Shown one piece after another: positions 27,373 through 36,428 of a stretch of 64,000 nucleotides of DNA. Each line of letters opens with the position of its first letter. Positions within the stretch are counted from its first letter, which is position 1. The position numbers and the translations under genes are program-made. The notes below the pieces were generated by a model. That model was not told the origin of the DNA. It worked only from the letters and a program-made list of their open reading frames with translations, and searched no databases. Origin of the DNA: Acidimicrobiia bacterium (lineage in GTDB: Bacteria > Actinomycetota > Acidimicrobiia > Spongiisociales > ZC4RG35); NCBI GenBank assembly GCA_035249605.1, contig DATFGI010000059.1:136-64135 (forward strand), given 5' to 3'.

Positions 27373-28020
27373 TCAGTCGCCGTTGCGTCGTCGATAAGAG
27401 CGGTTCTTGGCGCGATTGCCGCAGATCGCCATCGAGCACCATCCTCCCGAGCGGTTGCGGGAGTGGTCGAAGAAGAGCCATTCGCACTCCCGGCAAAGCT
27501 TCATCCGGCGCCAGGAGCCGTCCAACATCGCCTCGTGGACGATGGCCAGCAGCGACCCCAGCGCCCGATCCACCCCGCCGCCCGCCGGTTCGAGGATCAA
27601 TGAGGGCCCGTCCGCTGCCCGGATCCTGAGGGTCACGTCGAGATCGCCAGACCCAGGGGCCGCCGGCTCCGTTGCCGATGTCGGCGATCCGGCCAGGGCC
27701 CTGATCAAGGAACGGGCATCCCGCAGCCGTCGGGCCTCGTCATCGCTGAGCCTCTTCCCCGGATCCAACAAGCCGTTGTCCCCCAGCCATCGGGTGGCCT
27801 TCTCGGCCGAGCCCAGCCGGTCGCGCTCGATCTCCAGCTCGTGGTTGTGAGTGTTCACGAACTTCTGCACGACTCGAAGCGGCGGGGGCGCGGGCTCACG
27901 TCCCCCCGGCTCGAGGTCCTCGCCGAGACGTTTCAGATACGTCTCCCGATCCAATGCGCTACTCAGGGATTCAACCACAACCGTGACCAGTGAACCGACT
28001 TGACTGGTTAGGGGTGTCAC
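27373..28020 (-). CDS. CGNR zinc-finger protein (ABATE + zf-CGNR domains)
   Basis: C-terminal CRECEWLFFDHSRNRSGGWCSMAICGNRAKNRSYR is the zf-CGNR signature. Confidence 0.75.
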   Translation of the reverse strand: MTPLTSQVGSLVTVVVESLSSALDRETYLKRLGEDLEPGGREPAPPPLRVVQKFVNTHNHELEIERDRLGSAEKATRWLGDNGLLDPGKRLSDDEARRLRDARSLIRALAGSPTSATEPAAPGSGDLDVTLRIRAADGPSLILEPAGGGVDRALGSLLAIVHEAMLDGSWRRMKLCRECEWLFFDHSRNRSGGWCSMAICGNRAKNRSYRRRNGD

Positions 28021-28037
28021 TATAACGTGACGCGACG

Positions 28038-29270
28038 ATGAGGCGAAGGAGCTTCTGGGTGTCGGTCCTGGCGCTGGCGCTGACCGCCACCGTCGTGTTC
28101 GGCATGCTCGCCCTCGGCGGCGAATCCGGCCCGATCCGGGTCGGTGTCATCTACAACACCTCGGGTGGGCTGAAATGGCTCGATGAGCCGGGTCTGCAGG
28201 GCGCGCTGCTCGCCGCCGATCAGATCAACGAGAGTGGTGGCGTCCTGGGACGCGAACTCGAGATCGTACCGGCCGACGGCACCACCGATGTTGTCAAGAT
28301 GACCGATCTCGCCTCCGAGCTCGTCGGGCGGGAGGACATCGTCGCCATCGCCGGGATCAACGAGCCGTTGCACGCCGTCGCCCCGGTTCGGGCGACGATC
28401 AAGCGGGCGGACGGCGGATTCCTCACCTTCGCACACTCCGAGATCGCACTGGCCGTGGGCAAGGTCACCCAGGAGGCCAATGTCCCCTTCGTCACCGCGG
28501 GGTCGACACTCCCCGGTCTCCCCGGCCAGATCGGCGACGACGTCTTCATGGTCGCCGCCACCCACCAGGCCGGGGCGACCGCCATGGCCCGGTTCGCCTG
28601 GGACGACCTCGGCGCACACCGGGCATGGGTCCTGGTCGACGAGCGGTCCCAGTACGCCGGGACCATGGCGGCGGCCTTCGAGAGCACCTGGGGCGAGCTC
28701 GGCGGAGAGGTGATCGGCGACTCCTATCTCCCGGGTGCCATGATCCAGATCCCCGATCAGATCGACCGCTTGGAGGGTCTGGACAGCGAGCCCGATGTGA
28801 TCTTCATCGCCAGCCTGCAGAACGACGGAGGCTATCTCCTCGACCAACTCCGAGAGGCGGGAGTGGACCTACCAGTCCTGTTCGCGGACGTCGTCGACCC
28901 CCGCTACATCGAGGCGATGCGCGGTGACATGAAGGATGTGTTCATGGCGACGCATGGCTCGCTGATTGGTGACGATGAGGCCATCCGGGAGTTCGCCACC
29001 GCCTATGAGGAGGCGTTCGGCAAGGCGCCGGAGAGCGCATCGGCCATGCTCGGCTACGACTCGCTGCGTCTGATCGCCGATGCCATCGATCGGGCGGGCT
29101 CCGCGCAACGGGACGACATCAGCCGGAGCCTGGCCGAGACCACCGACTTCGCCGCGTTGACCGGCGACTTCTCCTATCCGGAAGGCGAGCGAGTCCCTGC
29201 CAAGCCGATCACGATCGTGGGGTACCAACAGGGCGAGCCCACCGTGGTCGCCGAAATCCCCTCCCACTGA
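28038..29270 (+). CDS. orphan periplasmic substrate-binding protein (Leu/Ile/Val-binding / amide-receptor family)
   Basis: Signal/TM VSVLALALTATVVFGMLAL and a type I periplasmic-binding-protein fold. No adjacent permease or ATPase. Confidence 0.7.
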   Translation: MRRRSFWVSVLALALTATVVFGMLALGGESGPIRVGVIYNTSGGLKWLDEPGLQGALLAADQINESGGVLGRELEIVPADGTTDVVKMTDLASELVGREDIVAIAGINEPLHAVAPVRATIKRADGGFLTFAHSEIALAVGKVTQEANVPFVTAGSTLPGLPGQIGDDVFMVAATHQAGATAMARFAWDDLGAHRAWVLVDERSQYAGTMAAAFESTWGELGGEVIGDSYLPGAMIQIPDQIDRLEGLDSEPDVIFIASLQNDGGYLLDQLREAGVDLPVLFADVVDPRYIEAMRGDMKDVFMATHGSLIGDDEAIREFATAYEEAFGKAPESASAMLGYDSLRLIADAIDRAGSAQRDDISRSLAETTDFAALTGDFSYPEGERVPAKPITIVGYQQGEPTVVAEIPSH

Positions 29271-29344
29271 CGTCCCGGGGCGCCATCACGCCCTGCCGAT
29301 TGGTGGCCCGTCACTAGTTTCCCTGGGATGAGTGGAGTCCAGCG

Positions 29345-29698
29345 ATGAGGGTCCAGTCCGGTCAGCTCGTGGCGCTCGGATACGGGACCTACGTCCGATC
29401 CGACGAAGTGGTCGCCGTCGAGCCGATAACCGAGGGCCGGGGGCCGGGGAGACGATCCCTGGTCTGGGTACGGGGCGTCACCGAGCCTCTGGTGGCATCC
29501 CGCTCCGAGGGATCGATCGTCGACGACCTGGTGACGCCGGCGGACGAGGCGGCGAGGATGCGGGCCCAGCGCTCGGCGCTACAGCATCTCGTCAGCGCCC
29601 TCGACGCCATCTCTCCGGGTGTGCGCCGCATCCTCTCCGAGGAGGCCGAGACCAACTTCGACGAGCTCATCGCCGATAGCAAACGGGTGATCGGCTGA
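29345..29698 (+). CDS. DUF370 (RemA-like) small protein with C-terminal extension (tentative)
   Basis: LVALGYGTYVRSDEVVAVEP...GRR parallels B. subtilis RemA LINIGFGNIISANRMISIVSP...GRRTR. High GC3. Length 117 aa, versus about 89 for RemA. Confidence 0.5.
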   Translation: MRVQSGQLVALGYGTYVRSDEVVAVEPITEGRGPGRRSLVWVRGVTEPLVASRSEGSIVDDLVTPADEAARMRAQRSALQHLVSALDAISPGVRRILSEEAETNFDELIADSKRVIG

Positions 29699-29701
29699 CC
29701 C

Positions 29702-30031
29702 ATGGCATTCGATGAAGCATTGACCGCCCGGGTTCGTGAGCTCCTGGGTCCGCGTCGAAACTTGACCGAAAGGGAGATGTTCGGGGGCATCGCCTTCATG
29801 GTCAATGGCAACATGGCAGTGGGCGTGACCGGTGACGAGCTGATGGTGCGGGTCGGCAAGGAAGCACATGAGGAGGCGGTGACCCGCCCGGGAGCCAAGA
29901 CCTCGGTGATGGGCACCAAGCCGATGATCGGGTGGATCAAGGTCGATGAGCAGGGAATCCAGTCGGACGAGGGGCTCGCCGAGTGGGTGGCCTGGGGAGT
30001 CTCCCACGCGGAGAGCCTGCCGCCCAAGTGA
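29702..30031 (+). CDS. TfoX N-terminal domain protein
   Basis: EREMFGGIAFMVNGNMAVGV is the TfoX_N (Sxy N-domain) motif. The start is 4 nt after the DUF370 stop. Confidence 0.65.
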   Translation: MAFDEALTARVRELLGPRRNLTEREMFGGIAFMVNGNMAVGVTGDELMVRVGKEAHEEAVTRPGAKTSVMGTKPMIGWIKVDEQGIQSDEGLAEWVAWGVSHAESLPPK

Positions 30032-30077
30032 CGCTCGGTCGAAGGGCCCAGCATCGCTTGAACGGCGATCCATTGCG

Positions 30078-31268
30078 TCAGCGCCCGGGGACCAGGACGT
30101 CGACCCACACCAGACGATGGTCTGAGCTGGGGAAGGGGAACACCCCGGTCAGCTCGAAGAAGGGCTCTCCCTCTGCGGGCCAGAAGACGGCGCTGTCCAC
30201 GATGCGGAGGTGCTTCGACGGCAACACGTAATCCGCCCGCAGGTTCCCCGGGGCGATGTCGCTGAAGTCGGCGGTGTCCTCGCCAGGGTCCGACAGGTGG
30301 GTGAGGTTCGCTCCGCCCTGGGTCTGCGATGCCCAGACACCCCCGGTGGAGATCGGTGTCGACTTGTCGTTCACCAGCGGATGGTCGAGGAGCTGCTGGA
30401 TCGACCCCGGGATCGAGTCACCGTCCAGCGGGTCGGAGTTCTGGTCGCCGGCGATGACAAAGGGCTCCCCCGTCTCGATGCCTCCCACCACGTCGTCGTC
30501 GTCATAGATGTAACCCGACCGCGACGGTATGACGTAATCGGCCCAGAACCTGATCTCGTCGTTGTTGCGAGTTCCATTGCGGTCCTCGTCACCGTCGAAC
30601 ACCGGCGGGGTGGGATGGCTGACCAGGAAGTGAACCTGGCTCCGTCCGATCTGGATCTCGACGTCCCAGTGGCTCTTCGAGCTGAGGCGGAACACCTCGA
30701 GCTCGTCGGGCGAGTACCACGAGTCTCCCGTGGCGGGATCGATCGGTAGCAGGGCGCCGGGCATGTCGTTCCAGAGAAATTTCTGAAAGGTGCGGGTCTC
30801 GACGATCGGGTACCTGGAGTAGACCACCATCCCGAACTGGCCGGGAAAGAAACCGAATCCCAAGGCATCGTCGGGACCGCCGACCACTCCGTTGTTGTTG
30901 AGGTCGAAGCCCGAGGGGATCCCGGTGTTGGAGGGGGCGATGAAGTCGTGCCCGTAGAAGATCGGGTCGGCGCCACCTTGTGACACCTCGAGGTAGTTGT
31001 CGCGGAAGCGGTCGACGGCGACAGGGTCGAAGTCGAACTCGTTGATGAGGACCACGTCCGGGCGCGTCCTCTGGATGATCTCGGCGATCACCTGAGCCTG
31101 GGCGTTGTGCGGTGTTGATAGGTCGTCGGCTAGATCGCCTGCATTGAAACGGTTGAGGCTGGCGTTGAAAGTGGCGAACCTGACCGGCTCGGGCCGGGCT
31201 CCGCTGGCAATCATCGGGATGACACCCACGATCAGCGTCACTGCGAGAAGTGTGACGAGCTTGCGCAT
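30078..31268 (-). CDS. secreted endonuclease/exonuclease/phosphatase (EEP) family protein
   Basis: Signal peptide MRKLVTLLAVTLIVGVIPMIASGA. The EEP fold is indicated by FNASLNRFN, LINEFDF and the C-terminal SDHRLVWVDV. Confidence 0.7.
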   Translation of the reverse strand: MRKLVTLLAVTLIVGVIPMIASGARPEPVRFATFNASLNRFNAGDLADDLSTPHNAQAQVIAEIIQRTRPDVVLINEFDFDPVAVDRFRDNYLEVSQGGADPIFYGHDFIAPSNTGIPSGFDLNNNGVVGGPDDALGFGFFPGQFGMVVYSRYPIVETRTFQKFLWNDMPGALLPIDPATGDSWYSPDELEVFRLSSKSHWDVEIQIGRSQVHFLVSHPTPPVFDGDEDRNGTRNNDEIRFWADYVIPSRSGYIYDDDDVVGGIETGEPFVIAGDQNSDPLDGDSIPGSIQQLLDHPLVNDKSTPISTGGVWASQTQGGANLTHLSDPGEDTADFSDIAPGNLRADYVLPSKHLRIVDSAVFWPAEGEPFFELTGVFPFPSSDHRLVWVDVLVPGR

Positions 31269-31415
31269 TGGGATCCTCCGTGGTGGCGAGAGCTATCGAA
31301 CCTACACGTGGGCGAGACCATGCCGGCCCGGCCCCCGGCCCCTCCATCCCACGCTCACCATGGCCCGACCCATCTGAGCATCTCCGATGCTGGGGCATCA
31401 GGCAATCAGGCCGTA

Positions 31416-32273
31416 CTAGCTGACCGGGTTCATGAGACCGGTGTCGAGACGGTGCAGATATCGGTCGGCCACGTAGTTGAGGAATCGTCTCGCCGGGGTG
31501 AAGCCGGTGGCCATCTCCTCGAGCGACTCGCGGAACGAGGTCGGCAGGAACGGTGTGTTGGCGGCCCGCCCGTACCAGGCCGAGCCCAGCTGTTCGAGGA
31601 ATCGCAGGTACTCCGCACCGAATCCCTCGTCGTTGCTCACCCCGATGGAACGAGCCAGCCGGGCCCTCCCGAGGGCGCTCACCGGGTGGCGGGCGGTGTG
31701 GTCGGGGAAGACCCCGGTCAGGAACAGGGCGACGTCGCCGAGACGCCGGTATCCGCCGGCGCGCTGGGCGGTGGGAAGGCTCTCCACCATCTCGGCGAGA
31801 TGGACCGGGTCGAGCTCGCTGAACCGCCGTCTCCGGTAGCCGCGCGGGGTGCGCACCCACATGGTGCCGCTGGCCACCCGGGTGAACGAGTTGAGAAGCT
31901 CGATGATCAGGTACCGCCGGGTGGTGTCGTCGATGAACAGTCGCAGACTCTCCACGTCGAACACGGGGAGGCGCTCCCCCGCCCCCACCCACTCGGGCAC
32001 ATACGAGGCCGAGCCCAGGTCCCGCCTGGCCTGGTAGACGAGAGAGGAGAAGGCGAGCAACGGGCTCAGACCGGGGATCATCCCCGGGTCCTGGTCGGCG
32101 AAGAGCACGTGGTAGAGGTCGGGATGTGCCAGATAAGGCTCGATCGACTCCGGGCGGTCGGCGAGCTGTTCCCTGAGGGCGGGTACGGTGCCCGGGGCGC
32201 CAGACAACCCGGCGAGCACCCGTAGGTCGTGCTCACTGAGACGTTCCACGAAGAGCGACTGCTGGTCGATCAT
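31416..32273 (-). CDS. hypothetical protein (285 aa, no recognised domain)
   Basis: Long ORF with strong GC3 bias and no competing gene on the opposite strand. Confidence 0.5.
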   Translation of the reverse strand: MIDQQSLFVERLSEHDLRVLAGLSGAPGTVPALREQLADRPESIEPYLAHPDLYHVLFADQDPGMIPGLSPLLAFSSLVYQARRDLGSASYVPEWVGAGERLPVFDVESLRLFIDDTTRRYLIIELLNSFTRVASGTMWVRTPRGYRRRRFSELDPVHLAEMVESLPTAQRAGGYRRLGDVALFLTGVFPDHTARHPVSALGRARLARSIGVSNDEGFGAEYLRFLEQLGSAWYGRAANTPFLPTSFRESLEEMATGFTPARRFLNYVADRYLHRLDTGLMNPVS

Positions 32274-32364
32274 CGCACCGTCGACATCGTAAGAGAATCG
32301 CCTCCCAATTTCGCGCCACTCTCATACCGCCGGGCGGGCATCAGCCATTACTGTCCGGCCACAC

Positions 32365-32646
32365 ATGAGAGAAGCCGCCGCTCCCCCCGGCACCGCCGCC
32401 ACCGTCATCGGTGTCCTCGGGCTGGTTCTCTACCTGGCCACCGGGTTCCTCTACCTCACCAGTGGTCTGGTGGTGCCATTCCCGTGGCTGATGATTCTCT
32501 GGCTCGTCTGGCTGGCGGGTATCTACCCCCTGGTCAGGATCTTCCAGAGGAGACGGGCGTGGACACCGCTGCTGGCGGTGGCTGCCCTTGCCTTCTGGTG
32601 GATCTACCTAGCATTGGGCGAGTCCCTGCTCGGCTGGACTGCCTGA
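32365..32646 (+). CDS. small hydrophobic membrane protein (93 aa)
   Basis: Three predicted TM helices. Divergent from the upstream hypothetical gene. Confidence 0.4.
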   Translation: MREAAAPPGTAATVIGVLGLVLYLATGFLYLTSGLVVPFPWLMILWLVWLAGIYPLVRIFQRRRAWTPLLAVAALAFWWIYLALGESLLGWTA

Positions 32647-32649
32647 CCC

Positions 32650-32909
32650 TCAGATCTCGATCCAGCGCAGAGTTCCCATGCCCACTCTGATCCCACCAGG
32701 CTCGATCACCAACACCATCAAGACCGAGCCGCATCCCGGGCAGCGGAGCACGTCACCGGGACAGTCCCGGTAGACGAGGACCGTCGCGATCGGGGACACC
32801 GTGCCGCAGTGGTCACAACACCCGCGATGGGCGGTGACGTCCTCGCCGAAGACGTCGTACAGCATCGCTGCCACCGAGTTCCCGTCGAGATGCGCCGACT
32901 CGATCACGA
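32650..32909 (-). CDS. small Cys-rich protein (DUF6510-like), translationally coupled
   Basis: GTG at 32909 overlaps the FAD-reductase stop as GTGA, with GGAGG 8 nt upstream. It has CC..C and C..C motifs (HRGCCDHCG, RCPGCG). The N-terminal part of the track ORF (to 33327) is rejected as it overlaps the reductase gene. Confidence 0.55.
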
Positions 32910-33656
32910 TGAACCTCCGGTGGGCCCGAACCGCTCGGTCTTGACGCGATCCGGCTGATGACCGATGGCGACCAGGGTGTCGGCCACCGTCTCCACGAAA
33001 CCGGTCGGCCCGCACACGAAGATCCGGGGAAGGTCTCCCGGCGGCGAGGTCGCTTCCTCCAAGATCGCCCTGTCCACACGGCGATCGTACGCGGCCAATC
33101 CCGCCGGTCGGGAACGGGTCAAGGCGTAGGTCACCTCGAGACGATCCCCGGCGAGCTCCTCTAGCTCGGGCCGGTAGATGAGATCCTCCGGGGCCCGTGC
33201 CGAATAGAGCAGCTTGGTGGGCACCGGATCGGGGGTGGCCGCGTTGGCCCTGATCATCGACATCAGCGGCACCACTCCGCTGCCTCCGGCCACCAGTTGT
33301 AGGGGCCCGCCGTCGGGAGGCTCCCACACGAAGTAGCCACCGACCGGACCCCGCAGCTCGAAGCGATCCCCGACCATGAGCTCACCGACCAGGAATGGGG
33401 AGACTTCTCCATCCGGTATCTCCTCCACGGTGAGGACGACCCTCTCCCCCAGGGCCGGATTTGCGATCGAGTAGCTGCGTTGCGCCTGATAACCGTCCTC
33501 CGCGGTGAGACGGACATCTACGTGCTGGCCGGGGAGATGTCCGGGCCAGCCGGGGACCGCGAGGGCCACGGAGCTGACTCTCGGGGTCTCGGCAGTGATT
33601 TCGACGACCTCGCCGAGACGCCAGCTCAGTCGCCCGAGTAGCGCTGTTCCCGCCAT
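32904..33656 (-). CDS. FAD/NAD(P)-binding oxidoreductase (ferredoxin-reductase-type)
   Basis: FAD-binding RSYSIA and NAD-binding GGSGVVP motifs, with a C-terminal CGPTGFVE. The start at 33656 is assumed (MAGTALL). Confidence 0.7.
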   Translation of the reverse strand: MAGTALLGRLSWRLGEVVEITAETPRVSSVALAVPGWPGHLPGQHVDVRLTAEDGYQAQRSYSIANPALGERVVLTVEEIPDGEVSPFLVGELMVGDRFELRGPVGGYFVWEPPDGGPLQLVAGGSGVVPLMSMIRANAATPDPVPTKLLYSARAPEDLIYRPELEELAGDRLEVTYALTRSRPAGLAAYDRRVDRAILEEATSPPGDLPRIFVCGPTGFVETVADTLVAIGHQPDRVKTERFGPTGGSS

Positions 33657-34231
33657 GGGTCTCCGTAGATGTGATACCCGTACGACTCCCAGAACCCGGG
33701 CCGGTCGGCATCGATCAGTTGCAGCGAGGTCACCCACTTGGCCGATTTCCAGAAGTAGAGATGGGGAACCACCAGACGGGCGGGGCCACCGTGCTCGGGA
33801 GCGAGTGCCTCGCCTTCGTAGCCAAACGCCACCCATGCCTTGCCACCGGTGATGTCGGGAAGGGGCAGATTGGTGGTGTAGCCGCCATAGCTTCCGATGT
33901 AGGCATAGCCGGCTGAGGTGTCGAAGTCTGCGAGGAGCACGTCGAGGGACACCCCCTCCCATGTCGTGTCCAGCTTCGACCACTTGGTCACGCAATGGAT
34001 GTCGGCGGTGAAGCTCTCGGTGGGAAGGGACCGGAACTGCTGCCACGACCAACCCACCTCGCTGCCGTCGCGCCCGGTGACGGTGAAACGCCACTCATCG
34101 GGGGGAATGCGTGGTGTTGGGCCGGCGGAGAGCACCGGGAAGTCGGTGGTCACGTACTGGCCGGGTGGCACCCGGCCGGGAGGGCCCTCGTCCCGACGCC
34201 GTCCCTTGAATCCCCTGGTAACAAAGCTCAC
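33626..34231 (-). CDS. molybdopterin-dependent oxidoreductase (sulfite-oxidase-like Mo domain)
   Basis: 201-aa single Moco domain, with a sulfite-oxidase-like Mo-domain assignment by overall resemblance rather than a named motif. It overlaps the reductase start by 31 nt. Confidence 0.6.
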   Translation of the reverse strand: MSFVTRGFKGRRRDEGPPGRVPPGQYVTTDFPVLSAGPTPRIPPDEWRFTVTGRDGSEVGWSWQQFRSLPTESFTADIHCVTKWSKLDTTWEGVSLDVLLADFDTSAGYAYIGSYGGYTTNLPLPDITGGKAWVAFGYEGEALAPEHGGPARLVVPHLYFWKSAKWVTSLQLIDADRPGFWESYGYHIYGDPWREQRYSGD

Positions 34232-34279
34232 AGCGGGAAGCTACACGCCGGTGACGAAAGCTACACGCCGGTGACGGCG

Positions 34280-36364
34280 TCATCTCCGCGGAATCGTCAA
34301 CAGCTTCCCGCCCGAGGAAACCTCGAACAGCTCCACCACATTGGCACCGGGTACGAAGAAGTCGGGATGGACCATGGCCAGGAACCCGGACCGATTCTCG
34401 AAGATGTATGCCCGGGTCAGAGTGGCGATCTCACCGTTCACCGCCACCGCCAGGACCTCGTTCCCGGAGACCGGACCGGCCAGGGCTCCTCCGATCCGAG
34501 CGGGGATGACGTCGGAGTCGAGCTCTACGTCGTCGTACAACCCGGATTCGAGGAGATGAAAGGAGAGGTCCGACTGTCCCGAAGGGGATGGAGATGTCCC
34601 CACCAGATCTGGGCTGCCGGCAGGGCGGAGTGCCCACGGGTCGCCTCCGGGGAACAACTCCTCGAGACGAGCCGCGACCGACAGCTTCTCGCTCCCGTCC
34701 ACACCGTAGGTCACCCTGGAGTCGGGACCGTAGGTAGTGGTCTCGGTGCGCCGGGGGTCGGGCCCGAGCAGGGAAACCCCCTCAACCTCGGAGGGAAGAC
34801 GGGCATCCAGGACGTGGGCCACGGTTGGCATGATGTCGATGGTCAGGGCTCGCCGCTGGTCGATCGTCCCCGCCCTGTCGTTGCCGGGAAGCTTGACGAA
34901 GAGGGGCACTGCCGCGATCTCGCCGATGCTCTCCTCGGTGATGCGACGCTGGTTGTCGACATCGGGGCGAATGGCGATTCCATGATCGGCGACCACAACC
35001 ATCAGGGAGTCCTCATACAGGCCCCGCGCCTCGAGTGCCGTGATCACCTCGCCGAGCACGCTGTCCACGTAGCCGACCTGGAGCAAGTGTCGCTGCATCG
35101 ACTGGGCGACGAGGAACTCGTCTCCGATCCAGCCCCCGGTGTGGGCGGCAGGGTTGGCGGCGACGATGTACGGGTAGCGGCGACCGTCGGGGAGATACTG
35201 CCAGGGGTGGTGGGGCAGGATGGCATGCAGGTAGTAGAGGGGCGGCCGCTGCCCGGTGCCGGACCCGATGTCCTGGAGGAAGTCGTCGATGGGTAGGCGG
35301 GGGCCCCTGCGCAACTCCTCCCGGAACTCCTCCCGGGCCTCGAAGTCATCGGCGAGGGCGGTGAAGTCCCCCCAGGCGCGGTCGATGGCCGGGAGGTCCT
35401 TGGTCATCGGCTCGGGGAGAAGGACATGGCCGGCGACGACAGAGACGTCATCACTCAGAGAGGAGACCGAGTTGGTCAGGCTCTCGCACAGCGCCCGCGG
35501 GCAGAGCTGGGTGATGGATTCGTAGACGAACAGGTCGTAGTCGTTTCGCAGCCCGGTGAAGAGGTTGAACGGGTACTGCCCCGTGATCGGGACCAGGGAT
35601 TGGTCGGGCACCGACCCGGTGAGGATCGCCGGGACCGAATGCTCGGTCTGCTGCTGGACGGTCACTGCGTTCGGGTACCAGATGCCGTCGCTGGCGAGAC
35701 GGGCGAAGTTGGGATACCGGTCGGCACGGAGCTCGCCGGAGGAGTCGATGATCGAGGCGAGAGGGAACTCGTCGAAGACGAGCATCACCACCGGCGCCGG
35801 GCTGGCGATGGGAAGGGGGTTGCCCAGCCGGCCGTCCGGCTCGCCGAGGACCGCGCCCACCGGTGTGGCGAACAGATAGACGCCGAGGAGGAGCAGCGGC
35901 GTCAACACCAGGTAGCGAGCCGTGGTCCGGGCAGAGGGGAAGTGGTGGAACCCCCAGACGAAGACGATGCCGACGACGAGGGCGATTGGGAGGTGCACCC
36001 ACCACGGCCAGGGAAGCCGTCTCAGGTACAGCGATGCGAGGGAGGTCGAGCCCATTGTGAGCAGCAGCGTCGTCACCAGCCGACCCGCAACACCCGGGAT
36101 CAAGCCGAGCATCCCGACGAGGACCGGGATCACCATGGTGAGCACGACGCCGAGGCCGAGGATCTCGCCTCGGGGCGAGCGTCTCGCCAGGAAGAACTCG
36201 GCATTGCGACCCAGCAGGTCGAGGACCGGCCAGGTCATCCCGAAGAGGGTGAGCACCAGGAGGGCGGAGAAGCGATCGAGCCGGGACGGCGGAGTGGGGA
36301 GGGGCGGCGGGCCCGGAGGCCGTTGCGCCGTCTGGAGGACAAAGGCGGGATCTCTCCTCGACAC
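34280..36364 (-). CDS. sulfatase / alkaline-phosphatase superfamily membrane protein (LTA-synthase / phosphoethanolamine-transferase-like)
   Basis: An N-terminal block of about 5 TM helices followed by a sulfatase-like catalytic domain (MLVFDEFP, VVVADHG). Confidence 0.65.
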   Translation of the reverse strand: MSRRDPAFVLQTAQRPPGPPPLPTPPSRLDRFSALLVLTLFGMTWPVLDLLGRNAEFFLARRSPRGEILGLGVVLTMVIPVLVGMLGLIPGVAGRLVTTLLLTMGSTSLASLYLRRLPWPWWVHLPIALVVGIVFVWGFHHFPSARTTARYLVLTPLLLLGVYLFATPVGAVLGEPDGRLGNPLPIASPAPVVMLVFDEFPLASIIDSSGELRADRYPNFARLASDGIWYPNAVTVQQQTEHSVPAILTGSVPDQSLVPITGQYPFNLFTGLRNDYDLFVYESITQLCPRALCESLTNSVSSLSDDVSVVAGHVLLPEPMTKDLPAIDRAWGDFTALADDFEAREEFREELRRGPRLPIDDFLQDIGSGTGQRPPLYYLHAILPHHPWQYLPDGRRYPYIVAANPAAHTGGWIGDEFLVAQSMQRHLLQVGYVDSVLGEVITALEARGLYEDSLMVVVADHGIAIRPDVDNQRRITEESIGEIAAVPLFVKLPGNDRAGTIDQRRALTIDIMPTVAHVLDARLPSEVEGVSLLGPDPRRTETTTYGPDSRVTYGVDGSEKLSVAARLEELFPGGDPWALRPAGSPDLVGTSPSPSGQSDLSFHLLESGLYDDVELDSDVIPARIGGALAGPVSGNEVLAVAVNGEIATLTRAYIFENRSGFLAMVHPDFFVPGANVVELFEVSSGGKLLTIPRR

Positions 36365-36428
36365 GAATCGTCCAGATTAGGAAGTCGCCGTCTCATTGCA
36401 GCGCCGCCAGATCGAGCTCGGGGCACCG

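Noticed and set aside
32910-33327. N-terminal 140 codons of the 225-aa track ORF 32650-33327(-).
   Set aside because: They overlap the FAD-reductase gene in another frame. Only the C-terminal 86 codons from GTG 32909 (GTGA-coupled, SD present) look genuine.
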